A stretch of 63,994 nucleotides of DNA, counting the filler, from Basidioascus undulatus (taxonomy: Eukaryota): the NCBI GenBank assembly GCA_000826855.1. It is 4 parts of 4 records of this genome, joined end to end, with 100 filler letters (N's around TTAATTAATTAA, not from the genome) between each part and the next. Parts side by side here need not be neighbours in the genome. Positions count along the whole stretch, not along the records: positions 31,204 to 42,154 come from JTLS01001062.1; positions 42,255 to 53,203 come from JTLS01001063.1; 2 more parts are not named here. One strand, written 5' to 3'. Made by a program: the position numbers and the translations under genes. Below the pieces are notes generated by a model. That model worked only from the letters and a program-made list of their open reading frames with translations, did not search any database and was not told the origin of the DNA. This document shows positions 39,494 to 53,303 of the stretch, in pieces. Positions within the stretch are counted from its first letter, which is position 1; the number at the start of each line of letters is the position of its first letter.

Positions 39494-42154
39494 TCAGCGC
39501 TGGTGGTCGTCGTACGCCTCGGGCAGCTGATCGGGGATGACAGCCGTGAACCCATCCTCGGGCTCCATCTCGTAGCTGCCCTTTGACGCGCCGCCCTGGT
39601 GCGAGACCGAGTTCTTCGGGCTGGTCGGGGCGGCTGCCAACGTCCAATAACCAACCAGCACTCAGTAAGTACATCATCCGCACGAGCTTGCGACGAGAAA
39701 GAAGGAAGAGGGAGGGAGGGGGAAGAGGAGAGCGACGCACGCATCCCACGCATGAGTACCTTTGCGTCTTGCGCGCTGAGCTGGTCCGGGTTGGCGCGCG
39801 CTGTGGCGCGTTGGACGCGCGCACGGCTCGTCGGGCTCGGCGGGCGCGGGGGCGGGTACATCGCTTGCGCCTGGTTGAGCGGGATCGTGGGGATGTTGCA
39901 GGAGGAGACGACGGGGGCTGGTCGTTCCGGACCACGGCGCGTCAGCCTCACGCCGTTCGGAGTCGACGAGGGAAAAGGAAGAAGGTAAGGGAGAGAGGAA
40001 ACACCGACGCACCGGCATAGTCCCGCTGAATCGTAGCCTTCATGAGCTCCTTCATCCAGTCGCGGATGATGAGCTTGTCCTCGGACGAGAAGTAGTGCGC
40101 CCTCTCATTGTCGTGCACGAGCTTGAATCCGTACCGGCCCGGGTTCGTGTTCTCGTCCGCAACGACCTTGTACCCGACGAGGTTGATCATGCCCTTGAGC
40201 TTCGTCTCCTGCATTCCCCCACACGTCCACCATCATCAGCATCCTCCTTCTTCCCCCCCTCTCATCCCTCCCCTCCACCGCCCGAACGCACGTTCTCATT
40301 CCGCATGTAGAAGAGCTGTGGACCCTTAAGGACAAAGAAGCGCATCTTCCAGCTCGTGTACCTCTCCCCCTTCTTCTTCATCCACCCCTGATAATCAGGC
40401 ACCCCAATCTTCTGCAGCGCGGTGCCCACGCCATCGTCGAACTGGCTCGAGTCGATGAGCGTCGAGCGCCGGCTGCCCCCGCCGTAGCCGTGCAGGTTAC
40501 TCGCGACCGAGATCGAGTCAACGAGGCTGGACCCGTTCGGGGCGGACGGCCGCCGGTGCGTTGAGGGCGCTGCAGAGGACGCGGCGCTGCTCTCGCTCAG
40601 CCCGCGCGTGGACCGCTTGGGACCGAGGTGAAGGCGCGAGGAGATGCTGTTCTTTTTGGTGTTGTTCGGGTCGGGGGACGAGTCCATCAGGTCGCTCGCG
40701 CCGCTGATCACCCATCCAGATGTCAGCTGGCCATCCTACAAACCGAGGGAAGGGGAAAAAAAAGAAACAGGCAGGAGAGAGAGAAAGGGGGAGATCGGGG
40801 AAAGGGGAAGATAGGCAGAGAGGATTAGGAAGAGACGCACGAGTACCGCGGCGCCGGCTTCCGCCCCTTGCTCCCAAACCCGCCCGTAAAGAAGCTGGCC
40901 GCGCTCTCCCGTGCACCGCCCTTGGGGTCGCTCGCGCGCTTCTTGGACGACGACTTGGCGCTCGCAGACGAGGGCGTGACGGGCGAGGACGCGTGCACGG
41001 AGGTGGAGGACCGGTTCGCGCTGCTTGGGGCTGCGAGGTGCGCTGCACCGGCCTGGTGCAACCCGGTTTCCCGTCAGTAAATAATTACCCAGTGGGGAGT
41101 GGGATGGATGGGGACGGGAATGGGGATAGGGTTGGGAGAGGAAACGCACCTCCTCCGGCTCCGGCTCCTCCGGCACCGACTCGCCCAGCGTATTCGTCCG
41201 ACGGTGCCCGTTCGTCTGGTCCGCCGTCCCAAGCACGAGCGACACGGGCCTCTGCCTCCTCGGGCTCTGGTAATCCACATTTTGCTGCCCTCCCAACACT
41301 TCATCAGCCTCCCTCCTCTCCTTCCCAACAAACACCGAAAACGCACCTCCGCCGCACTCCCCTCGGTCGCTGGTGCCTCCCGCAGCCCCAAACCCTGGAG
41401 CGCTGCGCGCTCCTGCTCGTCCACCCCTGCCCCGCTGGGAGAGCGCACGACCGGGCTCCCCCCGCCGAGCTCCCCCCCACTGGGCACGCTCTCCGGGCTG
41501 AACGGGATCGCGCCCCCTGGTGCGACGACGCCGGGCACGGGGACGCTCGCGCGCGGGTCGTACGCGTACTGGTGCCCCTGTGGGTGCTGCCAGGTGGCGC
41601 TGGCGGGCGAGAGGGGCGTGTAGGGCGTCGTGGACGTCGAGGAGACGCTGGGGGCGCGCTGGAATGCGGCTCCGGCCGGCGGAGGAGGGGGAGGGAAGAG
41701 CTCCCGAATCGCGTGCGCAATCTTGACGCGCTTGCCGAAGGCTATGACGTCGATTTCTTTGAGGGTTGTGGCATCTAGTTCGGACAGGACATCACCGGAG
41801 ATCTCGTGCTCTGCCGGCGCAAACAGGGCGAGTCAGTTCTGCATTCCAACAGCCCGAAAGAGGGAGGGGGGGAAGGGGAAAGCGGTGGCGGTAGGGAGGG
41901 GAGGGGAATGCGAACGCACCCTCGAACTTCCCCAACACGCCCTCATCGAACCCCTTGCTTCGTCCCCACTCCACGACCTGCTCGACACTCCAGTTCCGCG
42001 CGTCCGGGACTCCCGCGGGGGGCGCGGACGCCGAGCCGGCGGTGCGCTGGGAGAGGGAGGAGGGCGAGGGCGTGCGGAGGGGGAGCGTCTGCTGTGGCTG
42101 CGGGATTGGGACTGGGACTGGGGCGGCGGAAGGGGAGGGGGCGCGCTGGGTCTG
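39494..42154 (-). CDS. Boi1/Boi2/Pob1-like polarity protein (SAM + PH); 5' part lost in the gap
   Basis: SAM (EQVVEWGRSKGFD, EHEISGDVLSELDATTLKEIDVIAFGKRVKIAHAIREL), PH (PDYQGWMKKKGERYTSWKMRFFVLKG, KGMINLVGYKV, RDWMKELMKATIQRD), and PVVSSCNIPTIPLNQAQAM. Confidence 0.88.
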
Positions 42155-42254
42155 NNNNNNNNNNNNNNNNNNNNNNNNNNNNNNNNNNNNNNNNNNNNTT
42201 AATTAATTAANNNNNNNNNNNNNNNNNNNNNNNNNNNNNNNNNNNNNNNNNNNN
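42155..42254. other. Artificial contig-joining linker
   Basis: N44-TTAATTAATTAA-N44. Confidence 0.97.
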
Positions 42255-42386
42255 GGGGGGGGGTTGGGACGCCGTTTGAGCCCGCGTTTGAATGGATTCT
42301 CGGGCCGCAAACAACCTTCCTCACCTCCGAAATCCCCGACTGCTTCTTCTCGGTCCGCTGACGACTCCTCCCCGCCCGTTCCACAG

Positions 42387-42992
42387 AAGATCAAGGGCAT
42401 CCTGAACTCTGCGCGCGCCGAGCACACCTCGGCCGTCACCTCGCGCATCGACTCCGTCCAGCAGCTCAAGGACGTCACCTCCATCACCAAGGACCTCTTT
42501 GCGCTCTCCAAGGTCCGTCTCGCTTCCCTCATACTCATCATCCCCCTGTTCTTCTTCTCTTCCCTTTCTCCCTCTTCTGTTTTTTTTTGTTATTTCGCTG
42601 GCTGACGCTCGCTCGAACGCGCGCGCAACAGGAGACCGCCCAGGCCGAGGCGACCGCGTTCGAGCTCCGCCAGCGCGTGCAGCTCGCCGCGGAACTCAAG
42701 AGCGTGCTCGACTCGTGGGTCCGGTACGAGGCTCAGGTGCGCGAGTCCGAGCAGAAGCAGCTCGCCGCGCACGTCGTCGCTTCCGTCCAGAAGGCCATCC
42801 AGGACGACAAGTTCCAGAAGGACGTCCTCCTCAACGCCGTCGCTGAGGTTGAGCGTGCGTCGATCCCTTCCTCTTCCCCCTTCTCCCTGCCCTGCCTCTT
42901 CCCCCCTGTCTCCCGCCTCCTCCTCTTGCTAATTCAGACTGACGATGTTTGGTGCCTATGCAACAGAGCTCGTCAAGAACAAGGCGCTCTAA
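42387..42992 (+). CDS. ATP4: Mitochondrial ATP synthase subunit b (C-terminal exons; 5' part lost in the gap)
   Basis: KIKGILNSARAEHTSAVTSRID, ITKDLFALSKETAQAEATAFEL, ELKSVLDSWVRYEAQVRESEQKQLA, LVKNKAL*. Confidence 0.93.
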
Positions 42993-43494
42993 GCGTCCTC
43001 CGTTCTCGGCGGCATGTCGGCTTCGGAACCGGTGGAGCTGGGACGGAATGGAACTTAACGACTGGGTGATTTGGGCGGAACGAGTCGGGAAGGCGGCAAG
43101 GAAGGCAACGGAAGGCGGTGGTAGGAAGGGGACAAATTAGAAGTGCGTGCGGAGTCGCTTGCGCGGATCTTTGCTCTGGATGTGAAGTGATGCGCGGGCA
43201 CTTGGCTCGCTCGACCTGATGTTTCTTGCGTGTTGGAGTGTGGGCTGGATCGCGTTGGGACGTACTGACGGAGCATTCGCTTTCCGTCGTCGATTGGCTC
43301 GCTCGGATCCTCGACCGGCAAGCATCGGCCAAGCTTTTGGCAAAGCAGAACAAGCGTGTATAGGTATACAAGGCGTCGTGGTATATAACAAACAAGCAGC
43401 TGCACTGTGAAAGGAATATTAATATGGGGCATCATCACCGTTCGACGTTCGTCTCGTTTCGTCTCGTCTTCACACAGTTCATCGGTTCCGTTCA

Positions 43495-45096
43495 CTCGCC
43501 CGGGTGCTCATCTCTGTCGCCCTGCGTCGGAGCAGTGGACGGCGGCGCAATGAGCTGTTTCCTCTCGTCCCGTCAGCTTAACGTCGACTGTCACTCCCAA
43601 AGGATGGAAGCAGCAAACGCACCACCTTCCGTCCCGTACTGTTCTGCCTCGCAATAAGCGAAGCGAGCACGTCGGTCGACGAGTTCACGTGCAGAAGTAG
43701 GGGGTGCGGGCGCCGGAGGGGCGACAAAATGGCAGGCATGGTCCCTGTCGTAGGCATGGGGGAGGGCGTGCGCGATGCCGCAGGCGGAGGTGGCGCGACG
43801 GCCGCGCCGTAGTCCATGTCCGCCCCCGGGGCTGCGCGCAGGCGCTCGGAGAGCGGGACGCGAGGGGGCGCGGACGGTCTGAGCGGGATGTCGATGATCG
43901 TGTCGAGATTGTGGTTGTGGTGAGGGTGGGGTACGTAGGGGGCCGGGACGAAGTCGTCCATTGGCTCGAGGGCGGGGGTGGGGTATAGGGAGGGAGGGTG
44001 CGGTAGGGGGGCGTAGGTGCTTGGGTGGAGGTGGGAGTGCGAGGAGGAGGAGGTCTTTTAATTCGAGTGCCACTGCGAGTTCGAGTTCGAGTGCCGCGGG
44101 GTGGCATTGGAGGACGAGGGCGCCGCCCACGACCCGCTTCCCTAGAAGCCCCACATCCGCGCGAGCCACCCTTTCAAAACTGTCCGGCACCGCATTGTAG
44201 TACCACCCTCCGTCTTCCGCTCGGCGCCCTTCTCCCCCGGCCCAAGCAGAGGGGATCAGTCGTCCTCTACCTCGGACCCCCCGTCGGACGTCGCGCCCGA
44301 GCGGGAGCCGAGCGCCGCTGGCGGCGGCGGCGGAGGAAGAATGCGACCGCGAGGAGGATCGAGGCCGTGGTGAGGAGCACGGGGAGGAGGATCGTTTTGA
44401 GGGGGGAGGCCCGGGGGTGCGGATGAAAGGGTTGGTGAGGGGCTGGAAGTGCGGACTGGCGGAGAGGAGGTGGGGGGTGGGGTGGTTGTGTGGAATGAGG
44501 AGGAGGAGGAGAAGCGGCTGGATGAAGGGTGGGTGGAAGTGGTCTTGCTGGACGAGGACGAGGAAGTGGTGCTGGAAGGCAGGGCGAGCACATGGACTGC
44601 CCAGGCGTCGTCGCAGTGGCGCAGTGGCTGTCGAAATGGTGTCCTGCACGTATCGTTTCATTTTGAGCTTTTCTCTGAAAGGTCTTTGTGACATTAAAAT
44701 TGCGTGCAAAGTACTCACTTCAGGTGCCGGCAGTCAGTCGGCAATGCCACAGCAGGCCCTGCAGTCAGAAACCACGGTTGCACAGCAGCATAAAACTCGA
44801 CGACTCAAAATCCACACAGCCCTTCCACTTTCCTCACAGCGCTCACTCTGAGCCCATCGCGCCCACAGCATTGCGGGCAAAGTATCCGCTCCAAGGTCCT
44901 GTACATCCCGATACAGGACCGTAAACTCGTCTTCCGAGAGTTCGAAGCAACCCAGCAGGACAGGCGCAGTGCCGTCGCCGCGAGTGTGGGTAGCGTCGGC
45001 GCAGCCGTCTAGGATGGGCTGGACGAGGGAGAACAAGGAGGAGCAGGGCGGGTGTGGATTTGTAGGGGATAGTGGGGATGTGGCGGGCGGTGGCAT
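43495..45096 (-). CDS. Hypothetical Ser/Thr-rich single-pass membrane protein (frame breaks at homopolymers; boundaries uncertain)
   Basis: An S/T-rich stretch (SSTTSSSSSSKTTSTHPSSS), a TM segment (ILLPVLLTTASILLAVAFFL) with a basic stop-transfer (RRRRQRR), and a P-rich tail. Confidence 0.45.
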
Positions 45097-45331
45097 GGCT
45101 CTGCTGACTGGGAGGAAGGCAAGCAGGAAGGAAGGGGCACGAGGAGATAGCAGGCTAAGCTGTCGAGATGACGTCCCGTCGAGTCGTGCTCAGAACTGCA
45201 GCCACTTGGGAGTCGAAGAATCATGCGATTCGGTATGGAGTTACGGAGTTAGATAAATCTAGAGAAATACAAGAGGGCAGTAGGGGTTCAAAGTGTGCTA
45301 CAAGGGACAGCAGAGGGCCGCGCAGCCACCT

Positions 45332-47390
45332 TCACGCGCTGAAGCCTAACCCGGACCGTAGCGCGGTGAGAAGGCTAGAGTCGGCGGTATCGCCGGTGAT
45401 GGTCCAGCTTCCGACTCCCCCAATGCCACCGCGGGCAGCAGTTTGGGCCTTGGCATCTGCAACCCCCGCGAAGACGGTCAGCGTTGTACGCATCGCGAGC
45501 AAAACTGAGGGCACGCACAGATGCTATCCGTGTCGTCGTAGGCGAAGAAGGTCGAGCCGGTGTACATATAAGGCTGGAAAGCAGTAAAGTAAGCACAGGG
45601 AAAACGATAAAGGGAAGGCCGGATGGATAGGCTACTCACAGTCGAGCTGCAGCCGTCCCATTTCCGGGTCCAGCCAGGACCGGCTTCGTACTTCCCGGCC
45701 GAGTTCTTGACGAGCGCGCCAGACTCGACCGCAACGCGGAAGTCCTGTCAAAAAAATACCAAATTTTAAGTACCTCACTGACACCTCATCGTAAACGGTC
45801 CAGCCACCCACGATCTGTCCAGGACCGCCCGGGATGGTTACCGCCTGCCGGGGGTTCAGCGTCGTGGCGCTGCTCGTCGAGAGGTAGCTGCCCTTCCACT
45901 CGCGTTGATCGGCTTGTCGCTCTACCTAGAAGGATCAAGTGTCTTAACTAACCCATAGAACGGAACCCCAAGCGTGAGGTGGCTTCGCGGCATTCCCGCC
46001 GCTGCCCACTGCTCAATGGCGCTCTCGACGTTCGCAGTTGGGTTGGCAGCCTTGCCGCAGCCGTCGCGAAGCGGGGCGTTTGCGCCGGGGTTGGCGGAGA
46101 CGCCGTTGATGTCGTACCTTCCACAAGCTTTCAGCCTCAGACAGAATACATCGGGGGTTCGGAGAGCGAGTACTCACGCCATCATGAACACATAGTCCAG
46201 CACCTTCGCAAACTCCTTCACGTCCGTAAGCGGCTGGCCGTTAGGTCCCACCCCTGCGAAGAAAGGGCATGTTCAGTGAGACCAGATAGCTCTTACCGGG
46301 TGGAGTCAGGGAAGGGGAACACACACGGCCAGACCTGCGTGGCGGAGGACAGCTTGATATCGGGGATCTGGTCCTTGATCATCTGCAGCAGGAGGAGGAA
46401 GTTGGCCGTGTCCTCGGGGCGGTACTTGTTGCCCGAGCCAGGAAGACCGGGATCTGGAGGGAAACTATTTCAACTACCTCCGCATCTCGACATTATCCGA
46501 GAGGGACTCACACTCCCAATCACTGTGCATTCCCATGCCCTGTCAGCTTCTGCAGCCAGGAGTTCTAGGGGGTTGCTTTCACTCACATGTCGAAGCCGGC
46601 AACGCCATAGTCCCGGCGGATCTGGCCGAGCTCATTCGCGAGAGACTGCCGGCCCTTCTTGGTGGTGCAGAGGTCCGAGAACGCGCTGAGCAGCATCTCC
46701 AAATCAGCATAACGTCTTACGGAAGGATTTATGAAGAGAAGGCGTTGTGACGCACCCAGAACCACCCCAGCCGCCGACACTGAGCCAGACCTCCTTTCCG
46801 CCCGGAGCAGCGCCGACAAGGTCTGTGGCAATGAAGTATCAACGTTGTTCTGGAGGTGGCGCGGGATTGCGGAAGGACCAGACTCACTTCGCAGGATAGC
46901 GGCGTTGAAGTCCAGATGGCCATTTTGATCCGGGATCGCGAATGCGAGCTTGACGGCTTTGGACGAAGGTAAATGGGATAGCTGAGCACATCTTACACTT
47001 CCAAGGTGGAAAGCAGATAAGCGCACCATCAAGTCCCCACCAGGGCAAAGTGTTCGGAGGATGATCGGCAGCCAACCACTCGCTGATATATAGAAACACA
47101 AGTGAGCAAGTCATCAAGGATACAACTGAGAGACTTCCCACTCACGGATAGTAAGTCACGACCTTAGTCTGGTTGATGGGAGCGAAGACCGTCTGGCCGC
47201 CCTGCGTGCCGAAGCTGTCCTCCCCGAAGTCGGGCTGGACAACGAGCGGCTTGTAATCGGCCGGCGGGAACTGGGTGACCCGCTCGTTCTGTAGTTGGGG
47301 CTTTGTGTGCGGGAGGCGAGGAGTGACGGCGACGGCGATCGCTGCGTTTGCAGCCAGCAAGACGCCGGCGAATGCGGTCAGAAGACGCAT
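45332..47390 (-). CDS. Secreted GH18 chitinase
   Basis: Signal peptide MRLLTAFAGVLLAANAAIA, LAFAIPD, spliced GFDIDWEYPG (DxDxE), DTANFLLLL, LDYVFMM(A)YDING, ANAPLRDGC, LTLGVPF, YDDTDS, GGVGSWTITGD. Confidence 0.88.
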
Positions 47391-48355
47391 TTTGAGGGTA
47401 GTGAGGTCGTTAGAGGCGTGAAGTTGATCGTTGCGGTCTCAGTAGTCTTGCGTGGGCATAGAGAGGATGGTCAGAGGTAAGTTGAACAGTCATTTATGAG
47501 GCTGCAGATCCACTTGGATGCAAGCTTACAGCGCACGGACAGGGGTCCAGGGCTGAAAGCCGAGGCAGGGCGCACTTGGCTGCACGCATGATCGACGCTC
47601 TTCTGGAAGATTGTGGCGTCAAAAAGTAGAGAAATGACGAGGTGGACAGAGTTCGAGCGTGCACGATAGACATGAGGAGCAATAGGCACTTGGTGGATAG
47701 CCGGAAACTCTGTCGGGAAACGCTGTAGTTGCGATCGAGAAGATCGAAGACCGTTACCGACGACCATCTGAGTCCTTTCGTATCTTTCATACGGCGAAGA
47801 AGCCTTACGTTGCTGCAACAAGCCCTGGATGCTTTCGAAGGAGACTGATCAAGATGAGGAACCGATTGGAGGATGTTGATCTTGCGGTGCAGCGTTTGGC
47901 AGTGTCAACTAGCTTGACACAACGAATAGGGGCTTCCGCGAGATACACCTGTAGCCTAAGCAGTATTAAGGGTCGATGACCAGCTGCGTATGCTCTGCGG
48001 CATAAACGCTTTGCAGGTGCTCTTGGCGGTAATATAAACCAAGCAACTCAGCATCATGGTGCACATTGGGATAGATCTTGCGGCTTGTCCGCAGCCAGAC
48101 CGAGCAAATGTATCTATCCGGAAGTCTGCACACCAGTGCTTTCGGAGTAGTCTGATAGGTGAAGATGACTGATAGATTACGATGGGTGAACTAGATTTAA
48201 AAATCTGTTGAAAGTATGCCCTCACCATAGGCTGCCTGTAGTCGTAACGGCACGCCCGCAAACCGCCACAGACAGTCGGATCCCAAGAAACCTCTAGATC
48301 GCAGTGCGCCCGTAATAACTCGGGCCGTTTTTGTTGGAAAAGAAGGCGGGGAACA

Positions 48356-51064
48356 TCAAACAAGATAGAATACGAAGAATATGCACCCTGTTCAACAAGC
48401 GGGTTGAAAACCGACCACGAGCGGATTGAGCAGACGAACGTGTGGACTCACAAGCTGCAATGATCATGCCGCTCAAAACCAAGATCCCGCTCCAACTGGC
48501 AGGCTTGCGGACGCCCCAGGTTGGAGACGCTGCCCATGTCTCCTGGCCCATCTCGTCGATCTTGGTCTCCCGTGCGCGCTCCGACATGGCGAGGACGTTC
48601 ATCAGGTAGCGCTTGTCTGCCCAGGCGTAGATGAGGCCCCAGACGACGTCAAGTGCCTATGCGCGGCTGTTGGTGATCGAATCTCGGGATATCTTCGGGC
48701 TCGGATGATACCTTGATGCCTATGATGAGATAGACTACGTTGTGATAAGTCTGCGTTGTCGGCATCGTCAACATTGCTGCCCGCGGGATGCATAAAAGGA
48801 TAAACGTCACCTGTCCAGGAGTAATGTCTTGAACGCGGCCAACGATAATGTCCATTATAACGCCTCTAAATAATGCCATCTTGATCACACGGTGGGCAGG
48901 TAGCAAGACTTCCACAAATCGGGTGCTCACCCGCAGTTGTTGAACGCCTTCCAAACACCGAAGGCGGTGCCGATCAGCAGATGATCCGGACACAGAAGGG
49001 GTATAGAAGCGATGAAGGGGCTAATTACGGGCGTCAGAAAGTTCATTAGGCGGTGTAGGTCTTGCTATCGACTCACATGGCATTAAAGGACAGCGCGACA
49101 CTGGAGAAGACCATCGGCACGAGCGGGTGAACCTGGAACAGGCCGCGGCGGGTCAGCCGTGGAGATTAACCGCATTTGAAGAAAAAGTGTGATTACTACT
49201 TGCCTCGGTAATGCGAAGGAGAGCAATGACGAGGATCCACAGCGCCGCGGTTCCCGTGATGAAAACGGTGCGCCTCCCGTATGAGTCGAAGAATTGACCC
49301 TGTACCCAAAGTTAGTACGGGCAGGAACCACTCGCGCGAGGACACTTACCAGGAAGGGCGTAAGGAAGATCGGGATGATCTGTGTAACGCTGGAGGTCTG
49401 CGACGTGATGGCGAAGAGGATGAGAAAAGCCATGCACGGAGTACACAATGAGATAAGACATACATAACCAGCCAGAGCTTCAGTAGTGCCGTGTTGCTCC
49501 TTGATTAGATCAGCCTGCACACAGAGCACTGTGTCAGTGATACCGTTCGGTAACTTCTCTAGAGCTTCGTGCCCTTACTGAAATGCTGTTGAATGCTTGG
49601 ACCGCGGAGGATTGGAAGAGCTGGGAGAGACAGAGCATCCAGAACCAAGACGGTATACCTGTAGGTCAGAGTCAGCGTTTTTAAGGGCATTTACTTTGTG
49701 CCTGATACTGACGAATCAAAGACCTAGCAGAGAAGAGGGCCCCTTTACATCCCTTCTGCAAAGCAGTGGTGCGCCCGGTTGCAACCAGACCACTCGCGGG
49801 CAGCCTGTTCTCGATGAGCACGTAGACGAGGTTGATGACTGAACCGAAGGCGTCCTCGTCAGATGGGAGAGCTCGAGACAGTAATGAGATAGTACACTTA
49901 CCGAAGGTGAATGCCGCGATAATCGCCGCGACCCTGTCGAGAAGTTCAGAGATGAAGTCGAGATCACCGGAAAGTAGGAAGAATGAGACTTACCAGAATG
50001 TCCACGCATAGCTTCCTGTTCCTTCAGAGATTGGGACGGCAGAAACTTTTCCTACAACGTTGACTATACGACCGACTTTGAAAGACAAACATGGTCAGAA
50101 ATGATGGCTGAATGTTTGCCGAGTCTTACGACTCACACGCAATGTCGAGAGCAAATACGAGTGCCATGCCACGTTTCTGTAATGTTGTAACCGATTCTGA
50201 GCATTTTAAAATCATAACGGGTTCGTAATCATAGCGTGTTCCGTACCGAAAAGTAACCGTAGTACAACTTAGATTGGGCCTAGGATTTCTCGGGTTAATT
50301 GGGTACCTGCATGTGCGAAGACCCATTTGGCGTACTGTTTGAAGACAAGTATGACCGAACCCAAAGATAATCTATCACGTACAGTCACATCGTTATCCAG
50401 GTATACCATCGCAGGAGCGTCGTTGCTCACCTTGCCGCCGACAAGCGCGTGGTATGAATCGGTGGTCGCAGCGACGCCGTCTATCACGCAGCCGATCACT
50501 ATGAAGATGCTGCTGACGATAGAGCCCCATTTCTAATACATATGGTGTGTCAGCCAAGAAGTCGGACTCGCTTTTGGCTCCTCGACTTACTGGACCATAC
50601 CAGTCAATCAAGATGCCCCCAATGATCGGCAGGACAGTGTTGACGAGATCTCCAGCCGATGCGATGACCTGCCGGGGACCAATGTCGAAACAAAGTTCTT
50701 TATACACAGCCACTGATTAGGGCACAAAGCACTTACCCCGTATTGTGAGTTGTTGACCCCAAGCTCACGCTTAAGCGTCGCCTTCAGGGGCGACGTGGAC
50801 GAAGTGGAAAAGTTGGGCCCGCTGCGCAAGCAGTGTCCTCTTGGTTAGTGGCGGGAGATAGACCAGAAGAGGTATGGCTTACAGCGTGGTGGACATCATT
50901 AGAGTACAGAGCAATATCCTCATGCGGAGGGAGAGCTCCTGGTCCTTGCCTCCGCTACCAGCCAGCTCTCCATCGCAGTCGTCCTCGACGTCACGAACCT
51001 TGTCATCCAGGCTCAATGACCGTTCTTCAACCGTTTCAATGTCGCGTGCGTCCTTGACCGTCAT
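48356..51064 (-). CDS. MFS transporter (MFSD1-like)
   Basis: TSPLKATLKRELGVNNSQYGVIASAGDLVNTVLPIIGGILIDWYG, ADLIKEQHGTTEALAGY, VTQIIPIFLTPFL, multiple TM segments and many introns. Confidence 0.8.
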
Positions 51065-52327
51065 TGTAGAACTGTGTGATGGACTCGGACGGATGGACCC
51101 GGGCGGCGGTTCGTGAGGACTGGTGAGGACGTGAGGGCGAAAAGCAGGCTCGAAAGGTGAAGATGGGAAAGACCAAGGAACGGGGGCTTACAGCAGCCAT
51201 CTTATCAATCTAATCTGAAGCCGGCTTGATCGTGCGGCTGAATAAACCGTTAGAAGTCCGAACGGTCAGTACGTGTATGTACGTTTGTGCAGCCGCGCAT
51301 GCGCGATTTGCGGGGGACAGTGCGGGGGGACGGCTGGGCGAAGACACATCAAGACACGCAATGCTGATCGATTCTTATCAGATCAAGCATCTTGCTTCTT
51401 ACCATATGTGCATAGATTGACCTACAAGACGTTCGTGCTGAGTATTCAGAGCTCCCCGTCCGCTTCGGCATCGGTTGGCATCGGTATTTTTCAGACAAAA
51501 AGCCATGGGCCATGGCTAGGCAAGGCTAACCGAGGATTATCCAATCTGTGAAAAAGATAGCGCTCCACCCCATTACACTCGTAGAACACAACCACGCCGT
51601 GTGTGTCCCGGTTGTCACCGCTCCTCCTTGTATCTCCAGTTTTTTCGATGTCCATCTAATGCCCAAGCTTAGCCAGCTTTGCAAGCTTCTCGCCTTCCGT
51701 AAGGACGCCTGGTGTACAACGTGTCAGGCCCGGAAAATGCTATTAGAGAGTATTCATTCACAGCCGGGAAAACAACAGAGATCTCTCGATAAATGAGAAG
51801 GTACTGGGTATGGACATGATGAAGAGGGCATATCGGCTGATATGTGAGGGTTCGGCGGGGGTGGGGGAGGAAGATGGCTTGGGAGGAATAATGTCTAGAT
51901 GACCACAGGCTGTTCTGAAACGAGTATTACGCGGGAGTCCACTCATAACCGCCGTCGGATAAGTGAAGACATAGAACGAGACGAAATCTCGCAATCGTCA
52001 TAGTCTCAATCGATGCTCAATTACATATGTTGACAAGCCCGCACGCTTGTAACATGAAGAGTGTCGACAGGTCACTACGGTACCTGCTGGTGGTCCGCTT
52101 CGCGCTCTTATTGAGGGTGGGGCGGTAGCTGTTATCAACGGTGGGGCGGTGGGGGACACAGTTAAACTCCAGGGCCCACGCTACCTGCCGGCCCTGTTCT
52201 CCTTCACCCTACTTGGCTTGGACACTCAGAATTTCTCCGTCTCACAACACAACCTCCGTTGTATACCGACTGCAGCCATCTGGGTTAACAGGATACCCTT
52301 CAGGATCCAGCGTCGGGTTGCCCCACA

Positions 52328-53040
52328 ATGAGCACCAACACCTCATCCACCACCCTCTCCCTCGGCCGGCACGGCTATCTGTCCGGCCTCTCCTTCTTGG
52401 AAAAAGTCCATCGCTACCTGAACGTCCCGTACGGTCTCCCTCCGACAGGCGCATACCGGTGGCGGCGCCCTCGCGCGCTCCCCGAGGACTTCACCTACGG
52501 CGAGCGAGACTGCACGCAGTTTGGCAAAATCTGCCCACAGCCCGCGCATAAGGTAGCCAAGCTCAATGGGGGAATGACGAACGACGAGGGCGTGTTCAAT
52601 GAGGACTGCCTGGTGCCCAACATTTGGAAGCCCGACGGCCGGTCTTCATCTGGCTTCACGGTGCGTCCACAGTCACCCAGGCCGAAGCTTTTCGCTGAAT
52701 AAATCCAAATCCGCAAGCGGCTTCCTTCAAATTGGAAACCTTTTACATGATGCCCTTGCTGACCCCACCGAGCTTGTGAACGAGCTGCAGGTCGTTGTGG
52801 TCGCTGTCGGTTACCGCCTGTCTGTGCTCGTCTTCCCCGCCAGAGAGCCGCTGCGCGAGGAAGCGACCGGTGACGCGAGCGAGACCGAGCACGGCGCGTT
52901 CGGAAACTACGGGCTCTGGGACCAGCGGCTGGCGATCGCAACCGTTGCCTATCCTCTACGAATACTCGTTCTCCTACGGAGAAGAGCGAAGAAAAAGCAG
53001 GAGAGGGGGAGTGAGACAATAGGCATGGTTAGGACTGGGC
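52328..53040 (+). pseudogene. Type-B carboxylesterase, truncated and frameshifted relic
   Basis: YLNVPYGLPPTGAYRWRRP, CPQP, NEDCL, GFLQIG, VVVAVGYRL, GNYGLWDQRLAI. The HGG oxyanion motif is not recognisable, and similarity ends before the G-x-S-A-G nucleophile. Confidence 0.75.
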
Positions 53041-53203
53041 TGCAGGGCAGAACGGCGGGCTGATCAGCATCAGTAGGGCTGGATGTCGAACGCGACGAGC
53101 ACCTAGGCACCAGTACGACGAATAGATCGCGACAAGTGCATGCCAGTCCAGCCGAACGACATTAGCTGGTCGTATCGGAGTCGCGGCAGAGTGGCACGGA
53201 CAC

Positions 53204-53303
53204 NNNNNNNNNNNNNNNNNNNNNNNNNNNNNNNNNNNNNNNNNNNNTTAATTAATTAANNNNNNNNNNNNNNNNNNNNNNNNNNNNNNNNNNNNNNNNN
53301 NNN
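53204..53303. other. Artificial contig-joining linker
   Basis: N44-TTAATTAATTAA-N44. Confidence 0.97.

Noticed and set aside
42100..42400. Apparent 5' truncation of both the BOI-like gene and ATP4
   Set aside because: Both end at the contig linker, so this is missing sequence and not pseudogenisation.
43950..44420. Frameshifts in the Ser/Thr-rich membrane gene
   Set aside because: At least one coincides with a G/C homopolymer and others may be unrecognised introns. They cannot be separated from sequencing error.
31104..53303. TTAATTAATTAA palindrome recurring three times at about 11-kb spacing
   Set aside because: Each copy sits in the centre of an identical N44/N44 block, so it is an artificial six-frame-stop linker. 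Adjacency and distance across these joins are not reliable.
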